From: Epiperipatus broadwayi
Lineage: Eukaryota; Animalia; Onychophora
DNA: 64,000 nucleotides
Assembly: GCA_028023455.1 (NCBI GenBank)
Contig: JAQFVV010000003.1
Coordinates: 22,134,001-22,198,000 of the forward strand
Reading direction: 5' to 3'
The position numbers and the translations under genes were made by a program. Each line of letters begins with the position of its first letter. Positions within the stretch are counted from its first letter, which is position 1. The notes beneath the pieces were generated by a model. That model did no database searches and was not told the origin of the DNA. It worked only from the letters and a program-made list of their open reading frames with translations. Shown here in pieces: positions 26,325 to 39,750 of the stretch.

Positions 26325-29099
26325 CTCTAGATAAATGGTCTTTTGATTAAAAACTATTGTTTTAAAAACTGCTAGTTCTTTTCCATTTATAGCGAAGTCA
26401 TATAAAATAAAAATGAAAACAATATTTAGCTTATTTAAAAAATAAAATGAAATAAAAATGCATAGCAAAATACTTAAAAGCAAAAAAATATTAACTATAT
26501 TTTTAAAAAAAATATGTAATATCAATAAACAAATTAATCCCTACTAGATTGAGGAAACAATTTTACTTTTTTAAACAATTTTTTTTTCATGTATCACTAT
26601 ATAATAATTTTTACAAGCATGTAAATAAATTATAACTTATTAAATATGTAAAGCTGATTTTATAAACTATTTCCAAAAACAATATTATGATAATTCACAA
26701 ACAGATTCCCAAACAATTATTTAAATAATCTTGCAAATAATTCACTTTTATATATCAATGCCAATCTATTAGATAAAACAGAACATTTTTATGTTGTTAA
26801 ATGATAGCCAATCAAGCAGTGATATTTGCAAAGACTGAAGCTTTTATTAGTAGCAAACATTTTGTATCTAACAGATTGGTATTAGTATAAAAAATAGGCA
26901 TTACGTGTTTATTTAAATAACTCTTTGGGAATCTGTCTTCGGTTATTATAATAATATTGGGAAACTACTCTTCACTCATGCACTAAAATTGACACAAACT
27001 CTCCTGTCAATAATTGTTTTAAAACCATAAATGGTCCACTTGTGGTTAAAGCTTATTCTTTAATAAAGCAACAATTACTGACCATGCCTAAATTAGGTTT
27101 GAACTTGTTAAAAATCTGATTTTTACATCAGCATATTATTTGCAAAAATACTCTTTATATATCACATGGAAGAGAAAGTTTCTCATTTTTGACTACCTGT
27201 GATATTGAATTTTATTAGTTTATATAGATGTAATAATTAATAATGTAGTGATTGATGTATCTGTAATATTGTGTAAGCAACTAATCTTCATCTGTGTTAA
27301 AATTGATACGTACTCTCCTGTATCAAACTGAATTTGTGCAGGTAGTATACGGATTTAAAAATCAAGTTTATAAGTTCAAATCTTAATTTAAGCAAGATCA
27401 AATGATGAGAAAATGCATATTAATTTCAGTATATGTGTGAAAAGTAGTTACTTCCATAGTAGTACAGATTGTAGTAATGTGTTCATGCTTAGTTGCCCAA
27501 TAAATAGGTTTATCTCTACATAATATAGTGAATTTCTGTCTGAGAAATTAATTAATCAATTATAATGTATTTTTTTTACATAACTTTCAAAAAAAGGTTC
27601 ACTTTACCAGCAGAAGAAATTGTAATGCCAAAATTCTATCATGTTTCATATAAAATAAAAAAAGACACTATTATGTTTTGAGCATGATCCATATTAATTC
27701 CAAAGAAAATGAAAATAAAATGTAAATTCAAATTGAAAATCATCCATGTCAATTTATTCCAAAACAAAAATAGAATAGAAATAAAAAATAAAAATTACCT
27801 CCGGACAGACAATAAAAGTTAAAAAGTTTAAAATTACATTATATTAATAATTTAATTTGAATTTACTTATTTATATTTATCTTACTTATTTTTGTGTATA
27901 TATAATTAATAAATATAGCACTTGGAACTTGAAGTATTATTTTTCAATTTTTTTAAACAAAATATAGCTTATGCAATGCATTAAAAAAATGTAACTTTTA
28001 ACAAAGAAACTTTTAATCTTTCAAAAGTTTGTAGTATATTTGCATAAATGGATGATCATCTTAGGGCTAATTTGTCAAATAAACAACAAATATTGATCAT
28101 TCTTAGCTTATTTGCTCTAATTTCTATTACCAGGGCAATTTGGTAACATTTTTTTACATCTTACTTTAGATTTTTCCCTCAAGAAAGGTTTCAGGATATT
28201 TAAGTTACTTACTTCAGATAGCCAACACTATTCAAACAATACAATGAAGAAAAAATTAAAATTATAATAATTTTAATGCACCTTTAATTGCATGCAACAA
28301 TAATTTTTTTCATGGAATTCCATAGCATGCTCCCATGTTAACTAAGTCATGCTAAGTGTTATACATATAATATAAGCAAAAAACATTTTTTAATATATAG
28401 ATGTATTTAACTTGAAATCATGAATTCTATGTTTCTTATTTATTTATGTAAATTAGAAGCTATCTTTAAATCAAGTAACACTGGTTTTTCAAGATATAAA
28501 TAACAATTAGGATAAGAGTGAATATACCATCTCACATATACATTCTAATAATTTTAATAATCCTGTAAACATACAATGGATATAATGGCCAGTTTTTTTT
28601 ATGGGATTAATAAATTTATTAGAATTTACATCTTCAATAGTTATCTGAATCTGCTAAGACTTTACAAAGATCATGTTAAAATATTTCATCCTTTGGTACC
28701 AATGATTGATTTATTATTCATATGATAATGTGGAAGTTAAATAAAAATGGACTATTTTTCATTTGATTAGTAGATTTCATTGATTATAAGGGGGGAGGGG
28801 GGCATTATTTGCAAGTTTGTTAAAATGACACCAAAAGGTCTCTCAGATTTCTCAATTATTTTTATGGTAAAAAAAATTTGGAGTTTATTACTGCATATTA
28901 TATATATATTGTAATCATTGCCAATAGGGGAAGTCATAGGAAAATAAAAAAAAGATCATCATCCACATTAAATAATCAAAAACCATGCACAAATATAAAT
29001 GAAAATATAAAAAGAATGTGCATAAAATCAACATTTGAATAAAAATAAATTATACTAATAATAATAACAAATTACCCCAGCATTACACAAAAATAATCA

Positions 29100-32044
29100 A
29101 CAATCATCTCTCAAGACTGGATTTAAAAAAGATTCAATAGTCAATGCCCAACTTAGGGCATATACTTAAGTGCTAAAGTAACTATCATAAAAAAATAATG
29201 CTGGAATCCTGAAACATGATTATCATCATATAGAACTATAAGGGTACAGGCCAACTATAAACTAAATGTTCTCTAAAAAAATACAAACTGTAGTGAATGG
29301 ACTTTAAAGTGTTACCTTTGCAACATCCAGAGAATCAAACATACACCCCCACATAAATTAACCATTATTGTTCTAGAGCTAGCTCAAGATTACAAAGACC
29401 CTAGAGACTATTACTGTCAACAAGAGAAAGTATAAACATATAAGTATACTCCACTTTAATTTAAATAGTTTTACTGGGATAATTTACAGATCCTAAAACT
29501 ATGCTATAATGAAATCTAATCATCCATACTCTCAATTCATGAAACATGGATGAAGTAATAAAAATATTAATACCATTTTTTTAACAATTATTTAATAATC
29601 TAACTAATAACCCCCCCCCCCCCAGCTACACAAAAGTATCAGCATGTCAAAACCAGTCACTCACAATCAAGCAAACATAATAAAGCTGACACAGCTACTC
29701 TAGCAATTAAAAAAAAAAAGAATTTGTCTAACACAGCAGCACACATGGACCTAAAGATACATTCGATGGGCATTAGGTTATTCATCCACAAATAGTTCCC
29801 ATGGCACTAAAATGGGATGGGAAAATTACAGCTGGACAAAATATGATACAACCAATATATGTGCACTTCAAAGAAAAATTAACAAAGCATAACCAATTCA
29901 AACCCCCAGAAAACTTTTTTGGAAACCAAAGACAATTTGAAATCACAGATTTTGCACTCATTCTAGCATCAATTACAGGTATATGCCATCCAGGACCACC
30001 AGGAATCCCACAATTTTTATTGTCACATCTCAGCCGATTTACAAACACATATCTGTGCCAGCTCACAAATCAACTATCACAAAAGCCATACAATATAAAA
30101 GGGCTATATCCGGTCTCAATGGTCCACTTCATTAAAAAACAAGCATCAATTACCACAGTCTCCAATCTGAGGCCAATCTCAACGGAACCTTTGAGAATAG
30201 AAATTCTGGAAAAAGTTTTAAAATAAAAAATTGAGCCATATATAATAAAACTAATATCACAGCATCAGTATGCAAAAAAGGGATCATCAACAGGTGAAGC
30301 AGCACTGATATACAAAACGATCATTAACTCGGTAATTAAAAGCAAAAAATATGCCCCAATGGCCATGCAATTAGATTTTGAAAGCGCTTTTGATTCAGTG
30401 CCAATCAAAACACTGTTAATTCAACCCAAAAAAGCCCAAATACCTCGCCCAATCTTATATATAATCGCCAACCTGCTACTAAACAGAGAAATTTCACATC
30501 ACACTCAATGGCAGATCATCATCATACTTCTATCCCAGCCAATCAATACCACAAGGATCTCCAGTCAGCACATTATTATTTACATTATACAGTATTTAAA
30601 CCCCTTGTTAGAGTAAATTCAAAAAAAAAAAAAAATCCAAGGAATTCCAATTCCAAACACCAACACATACATACCTTGTATAGTTTACATGGATGATGTC
30701 ACAGTATTTTTAAAATCAAAAAAGCAATTGCCTATACTGTAGGAAATCATAAAAGAATATAGAGCAAATTTTGGGCTAAAAATCAATACCGACAAATCAG
30801 CTGCATGGGCAATACTTACAGGTAAATAAAACACACAGATATATCAAGGGAACCCCAGTATGTTTCTAGGTTTCCCTTTCTACTTGGGCATGAATCAAAT
30901 GAGCAAGTCAATACAAAACAAACTTAAAGCAGAAGCAGAATCACTGAATCACTCTCCAAATCCTCTATCTCTCAATCTACTCAAAAGTATCTTTATACAA
31001 TCAGCTTATTGTGACAAAAATCACTTACTATTTGCCAATAATAAATTTCACAAAATCATTTATTTCAGCAATTAACTCATTATGCAACAAGCAGCTATGG
31101 AAAAAAAAAGTAGTAGCAATCTCAATAAAGCAACTAAACCAACCAACAAAATGGAACAGCCTTGGACTGCATGCAATATAAACTTTCTACACAAAAAAAA
31201 CAGTAAATCTACTGATTGCCATATTTAGATGTTTCCCAAACATGGAGCAAAAACTAAAAATCACATCCACTGACCGATCCCCTCCCATGTATAATTATAT
31301 AAATACACTATTGGTAAGTATTGAAAACATTAACAACAAAATAACAATTAAAAACCCTATTAAATATACTTATTGGCAAATACATGATTTTCTATCTCAG
31401 AACCAAGAAGATAATAATAAGCTAACAGTACTGGAAAAAGATAAAAGCCAACTACTCAAAAAATACAAAAGATGGTACCTAGAACCAAAATTTTTTGACT
31501 TTATCCTCAAATTGAATCTAAATGCTTTACCTACAGCACAATTCATTCGCTTCAGGAAATTCTACCTAAAAGTTAATCCAATATATGCTTTGTGTCACGG
31601 GGAAAAAGAAACACAAGAGCATTTGATACACTACTGTAGAGGCTTAGAGAAAGTTAGACAATTGATGTTGAACAATTATAGGAAAAGTGAAACCACGAGA
31701 GAAAAAATGCTGAAAACATTCAAGGAAAACAAAATACCAAAAGTATGTGCAGCCACTTTCAGCATATATGCCTTATCAGATGTACCAGATGTACATTTAC
31801 CTTAGGAAACAATCCAAGAAGACATCCTAACACATAACAAGTTCAAAAAACTTAAAGAATGAGACAATCTTGTACCACCGGACAATTTTGACACCACTTG
31901 GTCTCTCTTTAAAATAAGATCAGCATTATAATGAATACACAAAACATAACCTCAGACAAAATGGAAAGCCAGAAGGGACCAACAATAAGAACTGAAATAT
32001 GAAAACTATAACAATTACTAAAGACTCTAATGGTTAAAAAAAAA
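29100..32044 (+). mobile_element. Decayed L1/Tx1-like LINE ORF2 (RT + C-terminal CCHC-type zinc knuckle)
   Basis: HPGPPGIP, NLRPIS (29801-30226); LDFESAFDSV (30359); VYMDDV (~30685); ALCHGEKETQEHLIHYC (31242-31805); A-run at ~32035-32044; left boundary uncertain. Confidence 0.8.
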
Positions 32045-33084
32045 GTTTTTCTTTCTGTATTTAATGATGAATCCTAGTATATTATGTTTGATACAATGTA
32101 CAACCCGATATGATGTAACCAATTTTTGTCTAATAATGTTTGCTTTGAAACATCAATTAATTAAAAAAATTGAAAAAAATTGTGATAGTATGACAATTCT
32201 GAATCGTATACATTTATCAAAAAAAGTATTAATTTCATATAGCAAATATGATTAACCAGTTTAAAGTAATTAGTTTTTACTTCGAAAACAGAATTATTTC
32301 CTTTTCAATAACTAAAATTGTAAAACAAAATTTCACTAAGATTAAAAAAAAAAATTAAATTATCTGAAACCCTTTTCCCCTTTTCTTATAAAAATGAAAA
32401 GGTGTTATTTGGAGGGGAAATAAGACAAAGAAAAAAAACATGTCTCAATAAATAAATACAATTATTCATTACCATTAATTATTACTTTTTTTAAAAAAAA
32501 TATCCATAAATATAGATGTAATAATATGCACACTAAAATACCTTTTTGCCATGGATTTATTTAGAGTCCTACTTTGATAGTTGCAATTTTAAGTTTTACT
32601 TCCATTATTAAGTTTAAACAATCCACTTGTTTTAGAAGATCTACTATTTCTTTTTTAGATTTTTATTTCCATTATAACTTCTCTATTAACAGATTTCCAG
32701 GATAATGTACTCAGTTAAATTTATCCATTTTTGTAATATTTTCAGGAATAATACAGGCGAAATCTATCCATTTTTAATCTACTAATATGCAGTCAGGTTA
32801 ACACATGAGCCAATCATGCTTTTGATGGCAACAAGGCTTAAAGCAGATTACTTCAGGGCTATTCTGCATTTTTTTGTGAATAAGCGCATGGTACAGTTTG
32901 GAGATGCTCATATTCTAGCCAAAATTTAGCCGATGGTTTTCCGCAAGTCTATTTTAAAAACATTTTTTTAAAACTTGTAGTGGAATGAGCCATACTTCAG
33001 TTTATAAATCTGTTTCTCATTATTCTCTTCACAGCAACTGTTGCTTCTATTTTCTTCAACAGATGAACAAAGAAATAAATGCTC

Positions 33085-33300
33085 CAATTATTTTTTTACC
33101 AACCGAGTCAAGAAAAGACTGCTGCTCCTGTTTTTTTTTTGGCAGCTGAGTAAAAATAGCTCTTCCTGTTTCTTCAATGGCTGAACCCAAAAAGACTGCT
33201 GCTACTGACTTTAATAGCTTAAACAAGGATAACTGCTCCTACTGTCTCTCCAACAGCTGAACGAAGAAAGGCTGCTATTAATTTTTCAGCTTGATCAAGA
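33085..33300 (+). repeat. Degenerate ~33-39 bp tandem repeat
   Basis: Recurring (G)CTGAA...AAAAGACTGCTGCT(C/A)CTG units. Confidence 0.5.
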
Positions 33301-35330
33301 ATAAGTGCTCACAAGACACTAAAATCTACTGCTTGAATATCCCTCTACATTTTTTGTAACAATTCTATATCCATCCAACCACATTATCTCAGGCATGACA
33401 CCATTGAACCCTAACCAATGAAGCCTATTTTTACAATAATCTTTTAATTATTCTTTGATTTAAACATTACTTTTTTGTTCTAGCAATAAACAAAAAGAAA
33501 TAAATAACTTTAATTAATTAAAGCAAAACTACTTAACAAAAATGTTAAAACCTTTATTTTATTTTTTTTTTAAACTTTACTTATTTATCTCTCTTATTAT
33601 CTTTTGTAAAAATTAAAACTAACAATAAATTAATGAAGAAAGAAAAAAATATTTCATCTTATAACTTTTCTTAAGATTAAAACAGGTAATAAACTGAATA
33701 TACAATAGATTTAAATTTTAGTAATATTAGCAAGGTGTGTATGCATGAATATTTAAAATAATGGAGAAATGCTTTATTAGTTTTAATATAATTTTTTTAA
33801 GATAATTTATTTTATTAAAATGTAATATTTTGTGTTCTATTTTTTAATGTGTCAACATTTAAAAGCCAGTATTCATGTGTGTGAGTTTCTCTTTGGATTA
33901 AACAATATACATGTACATGAAGCCTGGAAATCAAGCTATATATTCAAAAAATCCCATGGCAATAGCCTATGTCAATCAAACATAATAGATATATGTAAAA
34001 TGTGTGAAAATGGCCTGTTTACATTGTCTCACTACTACTTCTTACTTCTATTACTTGCTATTGCCATAACATACTTCTTATATATTTATAAAACTTTTAT
34101 TATGTGTAAACAATTAATAAACATGAGTAGTTAAACTAAATTTGTTTAGAAGTTCACTAACCTGTCAACTGCTTTGCCAATTTTCCATATGATATAAAAG
34201 AAAAAAAATATTTCCAAATCATATATTTTAAATAATCTACTTAATTATCTGGAAAAGAAATACTTAAAAATCAACACCTATTGTATTTATTGAAAATTTC
34301 TAAAAAAACAATAACTGATTTTATTAAATCACTGCAATTAGTTGTAAACAATTCTTATGAACAAAAGACTAAAAGAATTAAAAATTCATCTCTAAGTGCT
34401 TCCACAATACCCAAAATTACCAATGTGTTTTTATGTATTGCTGGGGGCAAAACACTCTTGGACACATATGAAGTTTAAATTTATAACTTTTTTATCATCA
34501 TTATGATGATGATGATAATGAAAGTATATTTCAGCATTTTCTCTAGGATGTACAAGTATGGAAAACATATATGCGTTTATTTAATAATTATACAATTAAA
34601 TTTATTTACTCATGTGTAAATTCTAGTGATAAAATAATTGTTCCTTATCTATCGAAATATTAAATGATGTTTATAAATATTGGCTATTCTTTATGTTGTA
34701 TGCAGTGTACCTACTAAAGTTTGAGATGAATTTCAGTATGTGGTAAAATGTCAATCATAATTTTTTTTCTTTCTTGTTTGATTTTGATGGTGGATATCTT
34801 AACTACGAAGCATTGAATTGTGTTCCTATGACAAGATAATATTGATATAAAAATATTGTTAATTATTAATTGTATTGTATATAACTGTAAATTCACTTTA
34901 TTCATTTTAAAATGGATATGTGAATAATAAAGTATATAGTTTGGATAAAATTATTGTTCTTTTGTTAGTACATGTATTTTCATTACTGTATTCACAATAA
35001 AAAATTACAATCAGTACATCTAAATATTTAATGTCTGTGGTATATTTCATGTTTTATTTTTATAATATTATATTTGAAAGGTGTGTGTAAAATGAAAGAA
35101 TATAGTCTTAATTGTCTAATTTGTGTTAGAATGATATTTGTATTGTGAAACATCAATGTTTGTCATATGTAATAATTCTAAAATATTTATTTTATTTGTT
35201 ATTTTTGTATAAGATTTGAAATATAGGCATTCTTATACCTGGAACTTAATTGTAAATACAGGGGATTTGAACTCAGACTTTCAAGCAATCTACTGTTACA
35301 CATGACCACACATATGTAGAAAAGATAATC

Positions 35331-35373
35331 ACCAATGTACATATTTTGTGCTGAACCAGCACTCATCAGTTAT
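35331..35373 (-). ncRNA. Family B hammerhead, decayed (GAAA to AAAA)
   Basis: Reverse complement AACTGATGAGTGCTGGTTCAGCACAAAATATGTACATTGGT; the change fits CpG deamination. Confidence 0.6.
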
Positions 35374-35799
35374 CATCTCCCATATATATATATATATATA
35401 TACAGTGCTCAGTTTATATTAAGATAACAAATCTTTATATTTTAATGGACATGCCTCAATCTACTCCAACCTCCATCTATTCAGCCATTCATACCATTGA
35501 AAATCTGATTATAGAATGCCCAAATCCCATGCTGATGCCAATATTGTTGTTATGCCCATGTTAACCTCAAGTCACTCTGACCCCTCATGTACAGGATAGT
35601 ATCCATTTAAATACATAGAAGAGGAACGGGCAGAATACAGACTTAATACGTAAGATTTGAAATACAAGCATTCTTATACCTGGAACTTAATTGTAAATAT
35701 AGGGGATTTAAACTCAGACTTTCAACCAATCTTCAACTATCCACACTATCTCAATTACTGATATACATATCCACACACATGTAGAAAAGATAAATAATC

Positions 35800-35843
35800 A
35801 CCAATATATATAATTCGTGCTGAATCAGCACTCATCAGTTGGT
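35800..35843 (-). ncRNA. Type I hammerhead ribozyme, family B
   Basis: Reverse complement: ACCAA-CTGATGA-GTGCTGA T TCAGCAC-GAA(T)TATATAT-A-TTGGT; family consensus stem III ATACGTAT (palindrome), AUA triplet, stem I ACCAA/TTGGT. Confidence 0.8.
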
Positions 35844-36534
35844 CCAAATTTATGATGAGTGCTAGTTCAGCACGAAATACGAATATTGGTGATTATTTAT
35901 CTTTTCTACATGTGTGTGGTCATGTCTATCAGTAGTGTGGATAGTTGAAGGTTGCTTGAAAATCTGAGTTCAAAAATGCCCTACATTTATTTTTGTATAA
36001 TAAAATTTTTATTTAAGAAATGCTGATTGGAATTAGCTAAAGAGTTAAAAAAAAAAAAAAAAGGTATTGTTATAGTTACTCTGACATCAATTGGAAAAGT
36101 TATAAATAGAGCTGAATAGAAAAAACTATTTTGTTTTAGCTTCAACAGAAGCACACCTAAATTTCTTTACATGATTTTTCTTTTATTTATTTTAAAAGTA
36201 TATAGTTAACTGGACAAAATGAGGAGAAAAACAACAATATTTGCCCAGAAACTATAAAAGGTGTCTGAGGATTATAAAAACGAAAAGTAATTGAAAATGA
36301 TGCATTAAAAACCATTAGATTCTTACTTTGCTTTAAAATAGATATTATCTACTTTTCAATGAGATCTAAATGTTAACAACAAAAATGTACATAAAGATTA
36401 TAGTCAACTACTGATAATTAGTTTTTATAGACCAGATAAAAGTTGGTTCAATTTTCATATCGTCATCATAAATGAAACTAACATCTAGTCACTTGTAACG
36501 TTTTATGAATTGATTATTTGCTAAATGAAAGGAT

Positions 36535-36692
36535 GAGTAGGCACTAGATAGGGATTTTATGCACAAGCCTTCTGGCATCCATTGATTGCTCTGGCTTGCA
36601 CTGAATGGCACTACTGTATGGAGAGTTTTGCCTGTTTTAATAACAATTATGAGAAAGAATAAGAAATGGTGATCATGTGATGTTTAGTGGTT
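36535..36692 (+). mobile_element. 5'-truncated family A copy, 13-bp TSD
   Basis: GAGTAGGCACTAGATAGGG...GATGTTTAGTGG; TAAATGAAAGGAT at 36522-36534 and 36693-36705. Confidence 0.85.
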
Positions 36693-38616
36693 TAAATGAA
36701 AGGATATCTAAATTGTATCATCATGGATATAAATTGTTTGCACACTTATAACATTATATAGATCAAATATCTGCTGCATGAAAAATTTGGATATTTAAAA
36801 ATGTTGAAATTAACAAAATGTGCTTTGAATCTTATAGCTTTTTGTGATATTTCTACTTTCTCTGGAATAACAAAACATCATCAGATCGCAATTTAAAAAA
36901 CAAATACAAGAACTATGATACTATTTTAGAAAGGCCATATTTAAAGACTATTATTCAGGTCAATTGCTTATATTTATCATTATTATTACTACATATATAT
37001 TGTAACAGGAACTAGGTTTGATCCCTGCTACAAAATTAAACTACCTCTCATAAAGCCTTCACTTAGGTTCAGCACATATACAAAATCATCAAATGGCCAA
37101 CAGATATATATAACAGCATATGTATATTTTGTTTTGTGATTAAATATATTACGAGGAGATAGTAAAATTAAAAAGAATTGTTTTTTTTAATACATAAATT
37201 TCAATTTTGAAATCAATTGAATAATTTTTTTTTATTATTATCACTATAAGGAATCTAGAGTTTGGAGATAAATATGATCCCTGTATTTTTTTTTTTTTAT
37301 CAAACTTTTTGGCTCTCCAAATTCCTGGAAATTCCATACTTATGGCAAAAGGTTTTTCTTTTGTTCAAAGTTTGTAACCATACAAGAGAAAGTGGATATG
37401 AATGTATAAAAATAGTTTTGGTCAAGCTAGATAGAGATCAGAATGTTTGATTGATTATGACCAAAAATATTTTATGTAATTGATGAAAAAAAATGTAATG
37501 GAAAGAAAAGATTTTAGAAAAAAAGTCAAAAAGAAAACTTGAGGCATCCGGGTAGGTGGGAGAATATAAAAAAGAAAGAAAAATATATATAAGCCTGCCA
37601 AGTTGAAAAATGAATGAAAATGATATGCTGAAAGGAAAGTGATGTGAGTATGGGAATAAAATTCAAACATGTTGGATTCCTGTCCAGTATCCCGTGAATG
37701 TAAACCAATAGAAATCCTGCTATCTGCCCATCCTCATAAATCAGTGCCCCAAAAAATTCGGTTTAAACTTACTGCAAATTTCTACAATCACTGAAACAAA
37801 GACTGTACACAGAGAATGAACTATTCGGGACAATGCACATATCAACTGGGCTAAACATAAGCTTACGGATGTATATTAACTTTATTCGTTCCCAGGCACA
37901 AAGATATTTCTGTGTTTAATTTTTTTTTTTTTTATTAGACTTCTAGTATAAGAAGAAGAGAATCTATGTATAATTATTACATTAATTTATGTTGTCTTAC
38001 TTTTGGCAACCTTATTAAATGTCAATGAATAAAAAGACTTATATAGATATCTTTTCATAATATTTATGAAGGAATTATTTTTTAATTAATAAGCACTTCC
38101 TTAAACAATACATATGTGCAAACATAAGCTAAATCCAGCTGATCATAAATCACAAGAGTGTTAGTTAAATATTATTTTATTTTCCTTTTTGGGATTGAGG
38201 GAATAACGAGGTATAATAAAACATTAGAATTAGATTTTAATAAACCTATCACATAAATATCGGGATCAGAAATATTATGTATGTATTACGACAAGTTCAG
38301 TTAAACATTATACCTCCGTGCTCGTGATATGTCCATTTTCTCCAACAGTGCAACAACACCCTCTCTGAGATACTGAGTTAATGTGGGTCTAGTAAATTCC
38401 TCCAAAAAAAATAAAGGGAAGCAATCTATGAAGGTTATCCAGTGTAATTCTGACTATAATCAATGGATTGGCACTTGAGGTTGATAAGTCGATGCTCATA
38501 AATACACTGGGAAACTAAATAGACCTTAATGTGAGTTAAATCTTATCAGGGAAATATAGCAAGTAGAAAATCAGTTATCTTAGTGCTTGGTGATCATCTA
38601 TTTATTCTGATTCATG

Positions 38617-38895
38617 AATAATACGATACATAGTAAAATCATTATATGTAGTGATCCTCCCATTGGCAATTTAAATAAGGAAATAAAACTATATTAAATT
38701 CATTTCCAATACTGGCATGTATTTGGATTCTGTTTACATATATGTTTGATGGCAACTAAATGTCCATCATAGATATTGACTCTCCCATTAGCAATTTAAA
38801 TAAGGAAATGAAACTACATTAAATTCATTTCTTCTGATATGTATCTGTATTCTGGTTACATGTACGTTCGATGATGACTAAATGTCCATCACCAG
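38617..38895. repeat. ~125-bp imperfect tandem duplication
   Basis: CTCCCATT(G/A)GCAATTTAAATAAGGAAAT...CTAAATGTCCATCA present twice. Confidence 0.75.
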
Positions 38896-39647
38896 TTGTA
38901 CTTGCAAAGATTAATAAAATCTATATATTAAAATGGGACATGGCCCATTACAATATTCAATTTAATATATGTATTATGTATTGATAGAAAGTGGTATAAC
39001 TTAAGGTTAAGTAGTGATCTATTTATATACCTAAATATAAAAGAGCTGTTTTCTCAAGTTTGAATTTATATTTAACAGAATAGTATTTATTGTTTTAATT
39101 TAAAATATTTATTATTTTTCATTATATTAACAAATAAGTAGATTCATTTTTGTATATATATATATACTGAAACAGTTAGATCTGTTTCACCTATTATATT
39201 CTATAATAGTCTATTTCATTTCACTCAGATTGCGTGTTTCTTTAATTTAAAACTTTAAGTGTGCTTATAATATTGTCAAGTATGTGCATGTATAATCGCC
39301 TTGTTAATTATAATATGAAAATACAGCCTTAAATATTTATATACGCGCATATTCATTTACGTTTGTTAAAACTGAAGTAAACATAACGGTGCGTAGCTAA
39401 AATTTATGTATATAAAAGAATAATAAGTTTAAATTTATAAAATTACTTATTTAAGTTTTAATATTCATTTTAAATAATTTTCAGTTCTATTATTTGTTTA
39501 AAATTACACAAGCTGTAAATTTGTTTACGAGTTTTAACATTTTGTCTAAAAATAATCTTTTGGCTGAAACTTGACCCATTTAAAATTATAACTAAGACAA
39601 ATTTATAAAATTTAGTCAGGCATAAATTCATACTAAGTGCTTTGCAA

Positions 39648-39750
39648 GACTCTAGGGAATACTTTGGCTCTAGAGGTAGCTATGACGCAAATTGGAAAAC
39701 TCTAGGGAATATATCTTTGGCTCTGGATGTAGCTATGATGCAAATTGGAA
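39648..39750. repeat. ~50-bp tandem duplication
   Basis: ACTCTAGGGAATA...CTTTGGCTCT(A/G)GA(G/T)GTAGCTATGA(C/T)GCAAATTGGAA present twice. Confidence 0.8.

Larger units (their letters stand above)
35213..35986. mobile_element. Family B hammerhead-repeat fold-back insertion, 14-bp TSD
   Basis: Antisense arm with 441-bp period (35211 vs 35652), strand switch at ~35845-35852, sense arm to 35986; TTATTTTTGTATAA at 35199-35212 and 35987-36000. Confidence 0.9.
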
